DNA of 64,000 nt from Promethearchaeota archaeon (GTDB taxonomy: Archaea; Asgardarchaeota; Lokiarchaeia; Sigyniarchaeales; SOKP01): the NCBI GenBank assembly GCA_008080735.1, contig SHMW01000007.1, positions 1 to 64,000 of the forward strand, in the 5' to 3' direction. The notes under the pieces were generated by a model. The model made no database searches, had not been told where the DNA came from, and was given only the letters and a program-made list of their open reading frames with translations. The position numbers were made by a program, and so were the translations under genes. Below are positions 1 through 9,952 of the stretch, in pieces. Within the stretch, counting starts at the first letter, position 1. The number at the start of each line of letters is the position of its first letter.

Positions 1-36
1 ATTATAATATTTTTTTATTCATTTTTATATCTATTT

Positions 37-807
37 TTAATCTCGGAAGCCATAATAAACATTGACTAGGAGCAATAATGATTCTCTCAGTGAAAAGGTA
101 TAAATTGGGATATCAAAACTAATTTGATACATTATTAAGGATATAGCAATTGCCGTAAACATAAGTATAGAGAATATTCCTTTTCCAGTTAATTTCCACT
201 TCTTTGTTTCATTTTTCATAAGCTGCTCAATGATTTCTACATCAGATAAATGCTGATAATTCTTTAAATTCTTAATCTTTTGCTTAATTTTCTTCTCTTC
301 TCTTCTGTTTTTAATGGTTCTAAAGAAAGTACCAATAATGTAAAGAACGATTATAATTACGATATCTAAGATCGTATTTGTGTACGAAAAGGCGACATTT
401 GGTCCGAAATAATTAATCACCAAAATAAGAATCAATATAGTAAACAAGCTTATTCTAACCGAATATTTGGGCAAATAGAGAGGATAAATTTGTTTGTCGG
501 TTTCAATGTGTTCTAATTCACCCGTCATTTTTATTTCACTGATTATTTTATCCATTTTTTCTTTCGGACTCTTTCTTGCTTCAAAATAGAATGCAACTAA
601 GATAAAAATCGCATTAATTATTAACCCGGGGATAGGTTTTCCTTCAAACAAAAAGTAAAAGGGAAAGGAAACAACAAGAATAGTTGTTAAAGCCCTCACG
701 CTTCCTCGCGGCAAACCCAATGGATACTCTGGTACCTTCCGCTTATTTATTATACGACTAACAAAAAGCCATAGGATTATGAATCCTCCAATTATCCAGT
801 TTATCAT
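37..807 (-). CDS. Multi-pass membrane protein with internal tandem duplication, function unknown
   Basis: 256 aa, several hydrophobic helices; repeated motif YPLGLPRGSVR / YPLYLPKYSVR. Confidence 0.75.
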   Translation of the reverse strand: MINWIIGGFIILWLFVSRIINKRKVPEYPLGLPRGSVRALTTILVVSFPFYFLFEGKPIPGLIINAIFILVAFYFEARKSPKEKMDKIISEIKMTGELEHIETDKQIYPLYLPKYSVRISLFTILILILVINYFGPNVAFSYTNTILDIVIIIVLYIIGTFFRTIKNRREEKKIKQKIKNLKNYQHLSDVEIIEQLMKNETKKWKLTGKGIFSILMFTAIAISLIMYQISFDIPIYTFSLRESLLLLVNVYYGFRD

Positions 808-973
808 TTTTAAAAATTACCTTATTTTTTCGTTTTATATGAAAAATATTGCATCTAGAAATATTAATACGATGCTATGTAAATGTGTTTGCTATATAGA
901 TATATATATCTTATCGGAACGTTGCCATATCACTTGAGATTATTCTAAGAAAGATTTAAAAAATATCTGTATT

Positions 974-2089
974 TTGATTAATATAGTATTTGAGAGGAAA
1001 AATATGTTGTTTGAACTTAATATTCAGAGAGATATTCTTTTGCTCCTTCATTATTTTGCCATTTTCTTTGTTGCTTATTTAGTAATACAGATTGTGATGA
1101 AGATTCGAGAAGGTAAAGTGATTTCTACCACGACCGGTCTTGCGATTTATATGATAACTTATGGTATCTTCGTATATTTTATGGGTCTTCCGCTCATTTA
1201 TCCTGAATTAGAAAGTTTCTTTCAAGATACTATTATGTCCATTATGATAATCTATATAGGAGGAATGGTGGGATACATCTTTCTCTCTGAATTAGATGAT
1301 AATTTACATACAAAAGGGGGTAAAAACAGCAATAAAAATTCCTATCTTCTCACTCTTATTTCTTTAGGTGGATTTATTATTTTTATACTCCTAGGATTTG
1401 CTGGATTGTATGACCCCTTTATTACGTTCTCAATTGTATTAATTCCATTCATTATTGCCACTGATAAGATTATCAAAAAGTTTCGAAATCTTGAAGTGGT
1501 GAAGCGAGAGAATCCTGGTCGCTGGTTTTATGCGGGATTAACTATTACAGGTTTGTCTAATGCTTTTTCAAGCTTTTGGATGTTATGGGGGGAATGGTTT
1601 ATGTATATTCGTTATGCCACTGTTATCTTGGGGTCCCTTTTTATGGTTCATGGTTGGCGACTTCTCCCAAATTTATCTGAATTGGATTGGATGAGAAAAA
1701 TGGACAATTTATTTGTCATTCACAGCGAAAGCTCTTCTTTATTATATCAATATAGTTTTAAAACTGATGATGTACAAAAAAAGTTTGATTCCGACTTAAC
1801 GGGAAGTGCGATGGGAGGAGTTGATATGCTTCTCTCAGAAATATTAGCAGAAAAGGGTCATATACGAGAGATTGAACATGAGGATAAGAAGCTGTTTTTT
1901 AGTCATGGTCTTTATACCACTTCAATTCTTATAACGGAAGGTGATTCTCCGGAATTTCGATATCGCTTAGATTTGTTTGAAATTAACTTCGAAAATGATT
2001 TCAATCAAGACGAATTGGCTCATTTTTCAGGGGAAATCACTAAATTTCAACAAGCCGATAAGCTGATCCGAGAATATTTTTCTCATTAG
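974..2089 (+). CDS. About 7-TM membrane protein fused to a C-terminal longin-like domain
   Basis: Seven hydrophobic segments, then LFVIHSESSSLLYQYSF..DSDLTGSAMGGVDMLLSEI..IREIEHEDKKLFFSHG, resembling Asgard longin-like domains; true start may be the ATG about 10 codons in. Confidence 0.65.
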   Translation: MINIVFERKNMLFELNIQRDILLLLHYFAIFFVAYLVIQIVMKIREGKVISTTTGLAIYMITYGIFVYFMGLPLIYPELESFFQDTIMSIMIIYIGGMVGYIFLSELDDNLHTKGGKNSNKNSYLLTLISLGGFIIFILLGFAGLYDPFITFSIVLIPFIIATDKIIKKFRNLEVVKRENPGRWFYAGLTITGLSNAFSSFWMLWGEWFMYIRYATVILGSLFMVHGWRLLPNLSELDWMRKMDNLFVIHSESSSLLYQYSFKTDDVQKKFDSDLTGSAMGGVDMLLSEILAEKGHIREIEHEDKKLFFSHGLYTTSILITEGDSPEFRYRLDLFEINFENDFNQDELAHFSGEITKFQQADKLIREYFSH

Positions 2090-2260
2090 AAATAAAGTTT
2101 CATTATAATTATGAGAATTTATATTTTCATTACATAAAAGTTAAAAATACTCAATCCTCATTCCAATTGTAAGACATATTTGTAAAAGAATGTGTTTTTA
2201 AGTAAATTAGGAAATTGATATATTATTTTTTTACGTTAAATCTCAGATTGGGGATGTATT

Positions 2261-3412
2261 ATGTCAAAAAGTTTAAGAAGAGAAATTAAATCGAATGAAT
2301 TTCTTTCGATTTTATTTGACAATATGGAAGCTGCGGTATTTTTGGTTGATAAAGCAGTACGCATTCAAAATATTAATCGATCATTTACAAAATTATTTCA
2401 TAAATCAGAGGAAGAGGCTTATAATGAACTATGTGGAAATGCAATAGGGTGCATCTTCCCCGTAAAGGAGGAAACGGACTGTGGGAAAACCTATCATTGC
2501 AACCAATGTAAGCTCCGAAAAGCAATCTCAGAATTGTTTGAGAATAAAAATGACGTTCAGAAGATGGTTATAAAACGAGAGTTTTTAATCGATAATCAAG
2601 TTCATTTAAAATATTTTTACACAATTGCAAATTATTTCAATTTTAAGAAAAATGATTATGTTCTTATTATGATCAATGATATTACTGAATTAGAAGAAGC
2701 AAAAGAAAAATTAAAAGAATTAGATAATATTAAAAATGAATTTTTGGGAATAGCGGCTCATGATTTAAAAAATCCTATTTCTATTATCTCGATGGCCTCC
2801 TCCTTTTTACGAAATGAGGAAAATGAAAAAGGAAATGAGGAAAATATAACACTCATAGAGATGATCCAGAATTCAAGTAATTATATGTTAGATTTAGTTA
2901 ATAATTTGTTGGATATTTCAAAAATAGAAGCTGGAAAACTAATACTTAACAAAACTGAGCAAGATTACATAGAATTTGTAAATGAAGTTCTTGAATTAAA
3001 TAGGATCACAGCAAAAGACAGATTTATTAATATTAACCTTGAAAGGGAAGATGATTATTATCCACGATTAATATTCGATAGGAATCGCATTAGGCAAGTG
3101 ATAAACAATCTCATTGATAATGCCATAAAATTTTCTGCCGATGGCGCTCAAATAATAATTAATATTAAGAAAGGATATACAAAAGGTGTAATGACAGAAA
3201 TTACTGATTTTGGTCCAGGTATTCCCGAAGATGATTTACCCAAATTATTTAAGGAATATCAGACAACAAGCGTAAAAACTACGAATGGAGGGAAAAGCAC
3301 CGGTCTCGGTCTTGCGATATGTAAAAAGATTATTGAAAAACATGATGGAGAGATCGGAGTTAGGAGTCAATTAGGAAAGGGGACAACGTTCTATTTCTCT
3401 CTTCCTGCGTGA
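2261..3412 (+). CDS. PAS-domain sensor histidine kinase
   Basis: H-box AAHDLKNP, N-box NLIDNAIKFS, G1 DFGPGIP, G2 GLGLAI; N-terminal PAS with Cys-rich insert. Confidence 0.92.
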   Translation: MSKSLRREIKSNEFLSILFDNMEAAVFLVDKAVRIQNINRSFTKLFHKSEEEAYNELCGNAIGCIFPVKEETDCGKTYHCNQCKLRKAISELFENKNDVQKMVIKREFLIDNQVHLKYFYTIANYFNFKKNDYVLIMINDITELEEAKEKLKELDNIKNEFLGIAAHDLKNPISIISMASSFLRNEENEKGNEENITLIEMIQNSSNYMLDLVNNLLDISKIEAGKLILNKTEQDYIEFVNEVLELNRITAKDRFININLEREDDYYPRLIFDRNRIRQVINNLIDNAIKFSADGAQIIINIKKGYTKGVMTEITDFGPGIPEDDLPKLFKEYQTTSVKTTNGGKSTGLGLAICKKIIEKHDGEIGVRSQLGKGTTFYFSLPA

Positions 3413-3538
3413 TTGTGAATTCTAAATAGGTATATATAGATCTATATAAACCAAAACTATAGATATGCTTTCTCGTTTTATTTTATTACTCTTTTGTATA
3501 ATTTACAAAAAAGTAATATCTAATAACATGCGTGAAAA

Positions 3539-5740
3539 ATGAAAGTAAGCAAATTTAAGTTATTTGGATTTAGTTTGATATTTTTTGGATTGATTCTACC
3601 TCTCTTCTTGAGCATTGTGGGATATATTCCGACCTACGATAATTTTAAGCAAGATGGAGAGAATAGATATCTAATTGAGGAGATTTACTCACCTAAGCTA
3701 AGCTATATTTCGGATTCCTATCCTAGTAATGAAACTATTGCTATCATAGTCCAAATGGGTTTATCTGGAGTTTCCACTGCAGTTACTAATTATGAAAATG
3801 ATTTAAAAGCTACTGGATATAATGTTTTGAAATATTCAAGCAATATAACCGATGCTAAATCTTTAAAAAACTTGCTTAAGGGATATTATGAAAATAACGG
3901 TTTGGTCGGGGCAGTATTCATTGGGAAATTACCTTATGTTTGGTTTAAAGACCCCGCTATAGGGTATAACGAAATATTCGAATGCGATATGTTTTTTATG
4001 GACCTTGACGGGAATTGGATTGACACTAATAGCGATGGAATATATGATGTTCATAATGCATCATCTGGGGCTGACGTGCATCCAGAAATATATATCGGCA
4101 GGATTGATGCCTCTAATAGAACCTTAGGAACGGGACAGAGTTCTGACATCTCAAGTTTAATTAATCGATTTCATAACTATCGCAAAGGTAATTTGAATAT
4201 TGAACATAAAGCATTAATGTATATAGATGACGACTGGCAAGGAGATGCAAATGGAACGTGGAATGATTGGCCTGCTTGGTTAAATAATGCTTATCCCAAT
4301 CATGATGATATTCATACTCCAACAACTTGGACTAATAAGTCTGATTGGCTAAATCGGTTGGGAAATAGTAGTTATGAATTTGCTCATCTAGCTGTTCATA
4401 CTTCCTCATCATCAAGTGGGGGAAAACACTATTTTGGTTCTGGATATGCGGGATCAGAAGGTAATATCACTGCTGCAGAAATTCATAATAAAGGTGGAGG
4501 ATTTGCTTTCTATAATTTATATTGTTGTTGGGGAGCTGATTATAATACTTCTGATTGCATGGGAGCTACCTATTTATTTTCTGGAACATATACTCAAGCC
4601 GTGATTGGATCGACTAAATCGGGAGGGATGATTAATGGAGCTTATTTCTATGATAGTCTAGCGGAAAATAATACAATCGGCCGAGCATTAATCGATTGGC
4701 TTGAATCAAATCCAAATTTGGATGATATTAATAACCAATCGTGGGTTTATGGGATGTGCATATTAGGAGACCCTTTCGCAACTATTCATTATGATTGCTC
4801 TGTCCCAAAACCAACTATAACTTCAAGTACACATACAGAAGATCAATGGAGCACAGTGAAGTCTTTAGTGAGATTTAATTGGACGTGCTATGCTGATTTA
4901 AACGGATTGGACGGATCTTATTATATATTAGATCAGAATCCGAACACGATACCCACAGCTACTACGGGTATATACACAAAAATAAATGGTACCTCATTCT
5001 CCAATCTTGATGACGGTATCTGGTATCTCCATGTTGTTGCGAAAGATGATCTCGGAAATATTGGGAAAAGAGGTGATCATTTCACTCTAAAGATTGATAC
5101 TACTGGTCCAGATATTAGTCTATTAACTCCAACCATCAATCATTACTCACCGACCATTTCAGTATTTATCTCTTGGGACGCTGTTGATGAATATAATTCT
5201 TTAAATCCTTTTTGTATATTTAATCGAACGGGACAATCCATCTATACGGGAACAACAAAAAACTTTACCATAAATGGAATGATAGCGGGACTCAACTTAT
5301 TTAATATCACTTGCACCGATTCACTAATGAATCCTGGAATATTAGAAATTTCAATTTTTGTTGATTTGATTGATCCAAGTGTGAATGTGACCAGTCCATT
5401 AGTAAATCAAACCGTAGAAAATACATTTACAATTACTTGGGAAGCACTCGATGGCGAGAGTGGGATAGATCATACCGAAATATACAGTGATAGTAAACTC
5501 ATAAAAACTGTTGATGGAAATATTAACAGTACCACCATCTCAGGATTAACAGCAGGAACTCATAGTATAAATGTTACTACTTATGACAAATCAGGTCGAT
5601 CAGCATCTCAGACGATCTCTATCAATGTTAAGCCTGGTGAGAATAAAATCCCCGGTTTTCCACTTGGAATATTTATAATTGGCTCAATATTTATTTCAAT
5701 AGCATATGTAATTTCCAAGAAACAAGAACTATACAAATAA
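3539..5740 (+). CDS. Secreted/surface C25 (gingipain-like) cysteine peptidase with Ig-like domains and C-terminal PGF-like anchor
   Basis: N-terminal signal/TM; FIGKLP, DMFFMDLDG, PEIYIGRI, ILGDP motifs; His (AVHT) and Cys (YCC) candidates; beta-rich repeats; C-terminal IPGFP + TM + KK. Confidence 0.75.
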   Translation: MKVSKFKLFGFSLIFFGLILPLFLSIVGYIPTYDNFKQDGENRYLIEEIYSPKLSYISDSYPSNETIAIIVQMGLSGVSTAVTNYENDLKATGYNVLKYSSNITDAKSLKNLLKGYYENNGLVGAVFIGKLPYVWFKDPAIGYNEIFECDMFFMDLDGNWIDTNSDGIYDVHNASSGADVHPEIYIGRIDASNRTLGTGQSSDISSLINRFHNYRKGNLNIEHKALMYIDDDWQGDANGTWNDWPAWLNNAYPNHDDIHTPTTWTNKSDWLNRLGNSSYEFAHLAVHTSSSSSGGKHYFGSGYAGSEGNITAAEIHNKGGGFAFYNLYCCWGADYNTSDCMGATYLFSGTYTQAVIGSTKSGGMINGAYFYDSLAENNTIGRALIDWLESNPNLDDINNQSWVYGMCILGDPFATIHYDCSVPKPTITSSTHTEDQWSTVKSLVRFNWTCYADLNGLDGSYYILDQNPNTIPTATTGIYTKINGTSFSNLDDGIWYLHVVAKDDLGNIGKRGDHFTLKIDTTGPDISLLTPTINHYSPTISVFISWDAVDEYNSLNPFCIFNRTGQSIYTGTTKNFTINGMIAGLNLFNITCTDSLMNPGILEISIFVDLIDPSVNVTSPLVNQTVENTFTITWEALDGESGIDHTEIYSDSKLIKTVDGNINSTTISGLTAGTHSINVTTYDKSGRSASQTISINVKPGENKIPGFPLGIFIIGSIFISIAYVISKKQELYK

Positions 5741-5753
5741 GAATAATCTCTTC

Positions 5754-5780
5754 TTTTTTTTTCTCATTTATATTTTTTTA
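5754..5780 (+). terminator. Oligo-T tract, probable archaeal terminator
   Basis: T-runs immediately after the stop of the 733-aa gene. Confidence 0.4.
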
Positions 5781-5873
5781 TTTAAATAATTATAATTTCT
5801 AACCAGTTTAGCCAAAAATTGGCACCCTCTCAAATTTAAATTTGCGTGAATGGTTTAATAAAAGTAGATTACA

Positions 5874-6173
5874 ATGATGTTAATGAAAAATATATTGAAT
5901 AATGGCCGAGAGCATATTTTGACGTTAAATAATTATCCTAATGGTCAATTAGCTGTGTATTTGAAAGATAATAATGGATATCCAATGGCAGAACTCTCGA
6001 TTATGGAGGATGATATTCATTTAAATCGTAATGAATTCATCTTTAAAAATTATTCCGAAAACAACGATCTCTCCCAAGAATTATTGAATACAAATATAAT
6101 TAAACCAACCAATAAATTTGTTATTATAGGTTCTCATCTTTGCCCAATATGTTATATTGCGAATTATGTTTGA
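5874..6173 (+). CDS. Small hypothetical protein (DUF4313-like)
   Basis: YPNGQLAVYL..GYPMAELS..FIFKNYSEN pattern resembles DUF4313. Confidence 0.5.
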   Translation: MMLMKNILNNGREHILTLNNYPNGQLAVYLKDNNGYPMAELSIMEDDIHLNRNEFIFKNYSENNDLSQELLNTNIIKPTNKFVIIGSHLCPICYIANYV

Positions 6174-7945
6174 AGTGGTTTAATAATTTCGATAAATTTA
6201 CTGCCTCCATTAGACTCATTCCCGCTTAATATCAATCTTTCCTTTGAACGTGTCACACCCACATAAAGTAATTGTCTCTCCTTATCAGAAGTATATGTGT
6301 CCAGTTCGGGAATGATTATTGTATCAAATTCTAATCCTTTTGTGCCGTGAAGAGTTCCGATCAAAACTCCGGGAGTCTCATAATTATATTTTTCTAAATC
6401 TTTCCATTCTATACCAAAATTTGTTAAAAATTCAAAAAGCGGGTGTTCAAAACCTCGTTTTATGAGATTTTTTTTAAACAAAATTAATATTTTCGCATTC
6501 TGTTTCAGCATTCGATCAATTTTTTCTGTTAATTTCATATATTCATCTTGCCGTGAATTGCTTAGTATGATTTCTACGATTCCACGTTTTCCAATAAATT
6601 CCTTAGTAGGGATAAATTCATCAAACTGACCAATAAGATTGGTAAGGCTTTCAGGGAGAACTTTTTGAGCGACCATTCCGATCTCGATTGGTGTGCGATA
6701 TGATTTTTCAAACCGTTTCACGCGACCTCGTGCTTGGATTCCGACACTTGACCATGTGAATCGTTTTCTGGCATAAATGCCTTGTAGTCCATCGCATGTG
6801 ATTAGGAGGGAGTTAGTCTCAGAATTTAAAAGAGGGATGACGGAGCGAAACCAATCTTCTTCAAAATCTTGAGCTTCATCTATTAAAATTGCGTCATAAA
6901 GTACTTTTTTCTCGCTTTCTGCTTTCAATTTATCTATGAGGAGATTAGGAACGAACTCTTGAAAAAAAATCGACATCTTTCCTCTCTTTTTTGCATTTTC
7001 TTCTCCTTCCTCATACAGTCTTGAGAAGTGGTCATTTTCACTTAATAAATAATGGCGAGCCCACGAATGATAAGTAGTAATTGTAATATCAGCTTCAAAA
7101 TCTTGGGGATTTAATAAATGAAATAAAAGATTTTTTAGTAATCTATTATAACAGAGAATAAGAATTTTCCATTCTGGATGTTGTATTGCCAAATATCGGG
7201 CACGTGCAATTAATAAGATAGTTTTTCCACTTCCCGCAACGCCAAATATTAATCGATGTCCCTCTCCCAATTCGCGTGCCAATTCCTCTTGCTCATCATC
7301 TAATAGTTTTATTTTATCCTCTGGTTTTAAAAATCTCTTCAAATCTCCTTGTCCAATAGCGGGTAATCGACAAGTGGGTATGATATTTGCACGAAGGATT
7401 TTAAAATATTTTGGATCCAACCTGTATCCACACGGAATAAGGTCATTCAGAAATCTGTGGAAATTGTCATTTCTACTGACAACTTCTTTAAAACATAGAA
7501 ATATGTATTTTGGCAAAAAATGCTTGATTTTTTTTGCAGTCTCTCTCTCATTAGAAATTTGGCTAAAGGCAACGATACGAATGATGGGAATATTAACATC
7601 CTCGGGAAAATTGGTACGATCTATTATACTTTTGACTGCTCTCCAATATTGATATATTTGGTCAAAAGGATTTGATACCAACTTATTTTGCCCGTCTTTT
7701 ATGATTTCCCATGAGCCTGATTTTGAAATGATCTTTAAAGTTTTGTGAAAATAATCCTTCACCTCCACAATAATAATGCCAAACTTAGGTGAAAGAATTA
7801 AAAAATCTGGTCTTAAGGTGTTTATATCGGGTTCAAAATAGACATACACATCACTTTCCTTAGCAAAATAGTTCTCAATTCGATAAAAAAACGATCTTTC
7901 CCCGGGCATTGAATTAGAATTCGGTTTACTGAGAAATTTTGGCAT
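6164..7945 (-). CDS. NERD nuclease domain fused to a UvrD-like SF1 helicase
   Basis: N-terminal RPDFLIL..IVEVKD..NPFDQ; Walker A GVAGSGKT; DEAQD; SYRT; KGLEFD; YVGVTRS. Confidence 0.9.
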   Translation of the reverse strand: MPKFLSKPNSNSMPGERSFFYRIENYFAKESDVYVYFEPDINTLRPDFLILSPKFGIIIVEVKDYFHKTLKIISKSGSWEIIKDGQNKLVSNPFDQIYQYWRAVKSIIDRTNFPEDVNIPIIRIVAFSQISNERETAKKIKHFLPKYIFLCFKEVVSRNDNFHRFLNDLIPCGYRLDPKYFKILRANIIPTCRLPAIGQGDLKRFLKPEDKIKLLDDEQEELARELGEGHRLIFGVAGSGKTILLIARARYLAIQHPEWKILILCYNRLLKNLLFHLLNPQDFEADITITTYHSWARHYLLSENDHFSRLYEEGEENAKKRGKMSIFFQEFVPNLLIDKLKAESEKKVLYDAILIDEAQDFEEDWFRSVIPLLNSETNSLLITCDGLQGIYARKRFTWSSVGIQARGRVKRFEKSYRTPIEIGMVAQKVLPESLTNLIGQFDEFIPTKEFIGKRGIVEIILSNSRQDEYMKLTEKIDRMLKQNAKILILFKKNLIKRGFEHPLFEFLTNFGIEWKDLEKYNYETPGVLIGTLHGTKGLEFDTIIIPELDTYTSDKERQLLYVGVTRSKERLILSGNESNGGSKFIEIIKPLQT

Positions 7946-8145
7946 CTGTTTATACCCAATAGAAATATTTCAATTTATTGTGCACAATATTCTTTACTTA
8001 AAGAATTGTAAAGGTTATAAATAAATCTAACGCCCATATCACGCAGAGGATAACAAATATAGACTTAAATCGAATAGTTCGAATCATCCATAAATATCAT
8101 ATTATAAAAATATGGAGAAAATCAAGAAATGTTTCTGAAATAGAT

Positions 8146-8406
8146 TTACTTCCCATTAGGGTGATTCATTCTTGAATTTTCTGCCATATTTTTGAGGTTA
8201 CGGTGTTCTTTCAGTTCTTTTTTTGCCAACCTAACTTCCTCTTCAATATCTAAATATTCTACGAGATTTTCAATTGCCTGCCATACATCAGCAATTTCAT
8301 GTGCAATTAATAGCTTATTCGATTTACCTCTGAAGTAATTCTTACAAACTTCGAAGGTCAACTCGCTCATTTCCTCAAATAATCTTCCTACCACTTCATT
8401 AATCAT
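8146..8406 (-). CDS. MazG-like nucleotide pyrophosphohydrolase family protein (short)
   Basis: EEMSEL...HEIADV, the all-alpha NTP-PPase signature. Confidence 0.6.
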   Translation of the reverse strand: MINEVVGRLFEEMSELTFEVCKNYFRGKSNKLLIAHEIADVWQAIENLVEYLDIEEEVRLAKKELKEHRNLKNMAENSRMNHPNGK

Positions 8407-8539
8407 ATTAAATCATATTAGTAATAGTTTTATCGTTTAAATAGCTCACATTTTAGTCATGAAAATTAACATCTCTAATTTTTAAAACTACTCGAATCAA
8501 ATTTTTTTGGTAAAAAAAGGAACATTAGAATAAGATTTA

Positions 8540-9127
8540 TTATTGATTTTCAGCCCAACCAAGACAAGCCGCAACTACAGCCCCTAGAGCTGAGAGCATT
8601 AAGCCCAATCCAAAATATTCACTATAACAAGTTGCAAAAGTTAATGATGATGGGCATGTTGCTCCGATTATGATTGAATAGATAAATAAGAAAAATATGA
8701 GAGTTGCTCCAAAGGCCAATAAATAAGTGTAACCTTCACTTATGCTAATTTCTTTTACTACTTTTACGATTCCGGGAATAAAAAATGTAAATGTGAAAAA
8801 TAAGATGGTCTGGAGTGAAAAAATAGTGATTGTTATAGGTTCAGATCCAAATAAATTGAGTATCGATAAGGTAGTAATAATAATTGTAATAGTAAATAAG
8901 AGACCTCCTAAGGTTAATAATAAATACCCTTGATTTTTAGTATCCAAGGTTTGATAGACTAGGAGCAATCCCGGTAAGGTACATACTACGAGTATTCCAA
9001 AGCCAATAATAAAAACTCCCGCCCTCGAAGTTAAAAACATTAGAAATAATCCAAAAATGCCCCCAATAAAGATTATAAGCAACCCTACTTCTTTTTTTGT
9101 TTCTTTCTCCATTGTTTTTTCCACCAA
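8540..9127 (-). CDS. Hypothetical multi-pass membrane protein
   Basis: 195 aa, about six hydrophobic helices. Confidence 0.7.
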   Translation of the reverse strand: MVEKTMEKETKKEVGLLIIFIGGIFGLFLMFLTSRAGVFIIGFGILVVCTLPGLLLVYQTLDTKNQGYLLLTLGGLLFTITIIITTLSILNLFGSEPITITIFSLQTILFFTFTFFIPGIVKVVKEISISEGYTYLLAFGATLIFFLFIYSIIIGATCPSSLTFATCYSEYFGLGLMLSALGAVVAACLGWAENQ

Positions 9128-9293
9128 ATTGAAAATTAAATAATATCAAGAAAATTGGCGTAATTAATAATCAGAGTGAATTATTTAAATATTACTTCTC
9201 TAGTATTTAGTTTGACTCTGTAATTATGATTCCTTTCCTATTGCTGAAACAAAATAAATATGAATAAACTTAAATATGAATGAATTTTATATA

Positions 9294-9324
9294 TTCTCAT
9301 ATGAGAACATTCCTAAGTGGGAAT
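9294..9324. promoter_or_regulatory. Tandem palindromic operator, probable PadR site
   Basis: Perfect TTCTCATATGAGAA (9294-9307) and imperfect TTCCTAAGTGGGAA (9310-9323), 16 bp apart, between a TATA-like TTAAATA (about 9270) and ATG 9350. Confidence 0.6.
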
Positions 9325-9349
9325 ATTGAATAATAATTCTAAATCTACA

Positions 9350-9952
9350 ATGTCATCGACAGACGCTGAATATCAACTGAATCATTCAGAATTTATCGTA
9401 TTAGGATTAATAGCAGAGGAGCCTTCTCACGCCTATCAACTAAATGAAAAAATAGAGGAAAGAGGGATGAGAGATTGGACTTCCATCGGAAAATCTTCTG
9501 TATACAGAGTTATAAAGAGTTTAAGAAAAGAAGGCTATGCAGACAGGTGGATCGAAGAGGTTGACAATCGAGTTATAAAGGTATATCAAATAACAGAGAA
9601 AGGTCTAAAGACTCTAAAAAAGCATTTATATAATGTTTTGAAAAATTTTCATGGCAGAAACGACGAAGATTTCTATGTTGCTTTTTCGATGCTTCCGCTG
9701 CTTACTAGAGAAAAGCAAATTGAGGCGCTTAACTATTCTATAAAAAATATGAAAATCCATATTACCGAATTAAAACATATGCTCGAGGAAAATTCTCATA
9801 TGCCATTAAATGTTACTGGTCTATTTATCCATCCAATTGAGATACTCAAGACGGATATTAAGTTCTTAGAATGGGTATTAGAACAAATAAAGAAGGGAAA
9901 AGGTAATGCGGTTCCCAAAGATTACATAAACCAAGAGGAAAAAGAAAAGTGA
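9350..9952 (+). CDS. PadR-family transcriptional regulator
   Basis: IVLGLIAEEPSHAYQL..SSVYRVIKSL..KVYQITEKG; ATG 9350 preferred over GTG 9317, which lies inside the operator. Confidence 0.9.
   Translation: MSSTDAEYQLNHSEFIVLGLIAEEPSHAYQLNEKIEERGMRDWTSIGKSSVYRVIKSLRKEGYADRWIEEVDNRVIKVYQITEKGLKTLKKHLYNVLKNFHGRNDEDFYVAFSMLPLLTREKQIEALNYSIKNMKIHITELKHMLEENSHMPLNVTGLFIHPIEILKTDIKFLEWVLEQIKKGKGNAVPKDYINQEEKEK

Noticed and set aside
5799-5860. Short palindromes such as CAAATTTAAATTTG before the 99-aa ORF
   Set aside because: AT-rich palindromes are expected by chance; it may simply be the TATA region
8025-8100. TCTAACGCCCATATCACGC resembling the start of an integron attC site
   Set aside because: No matching GTTAGA end or complementary inner arms nearby, no repeated copies and no integrase
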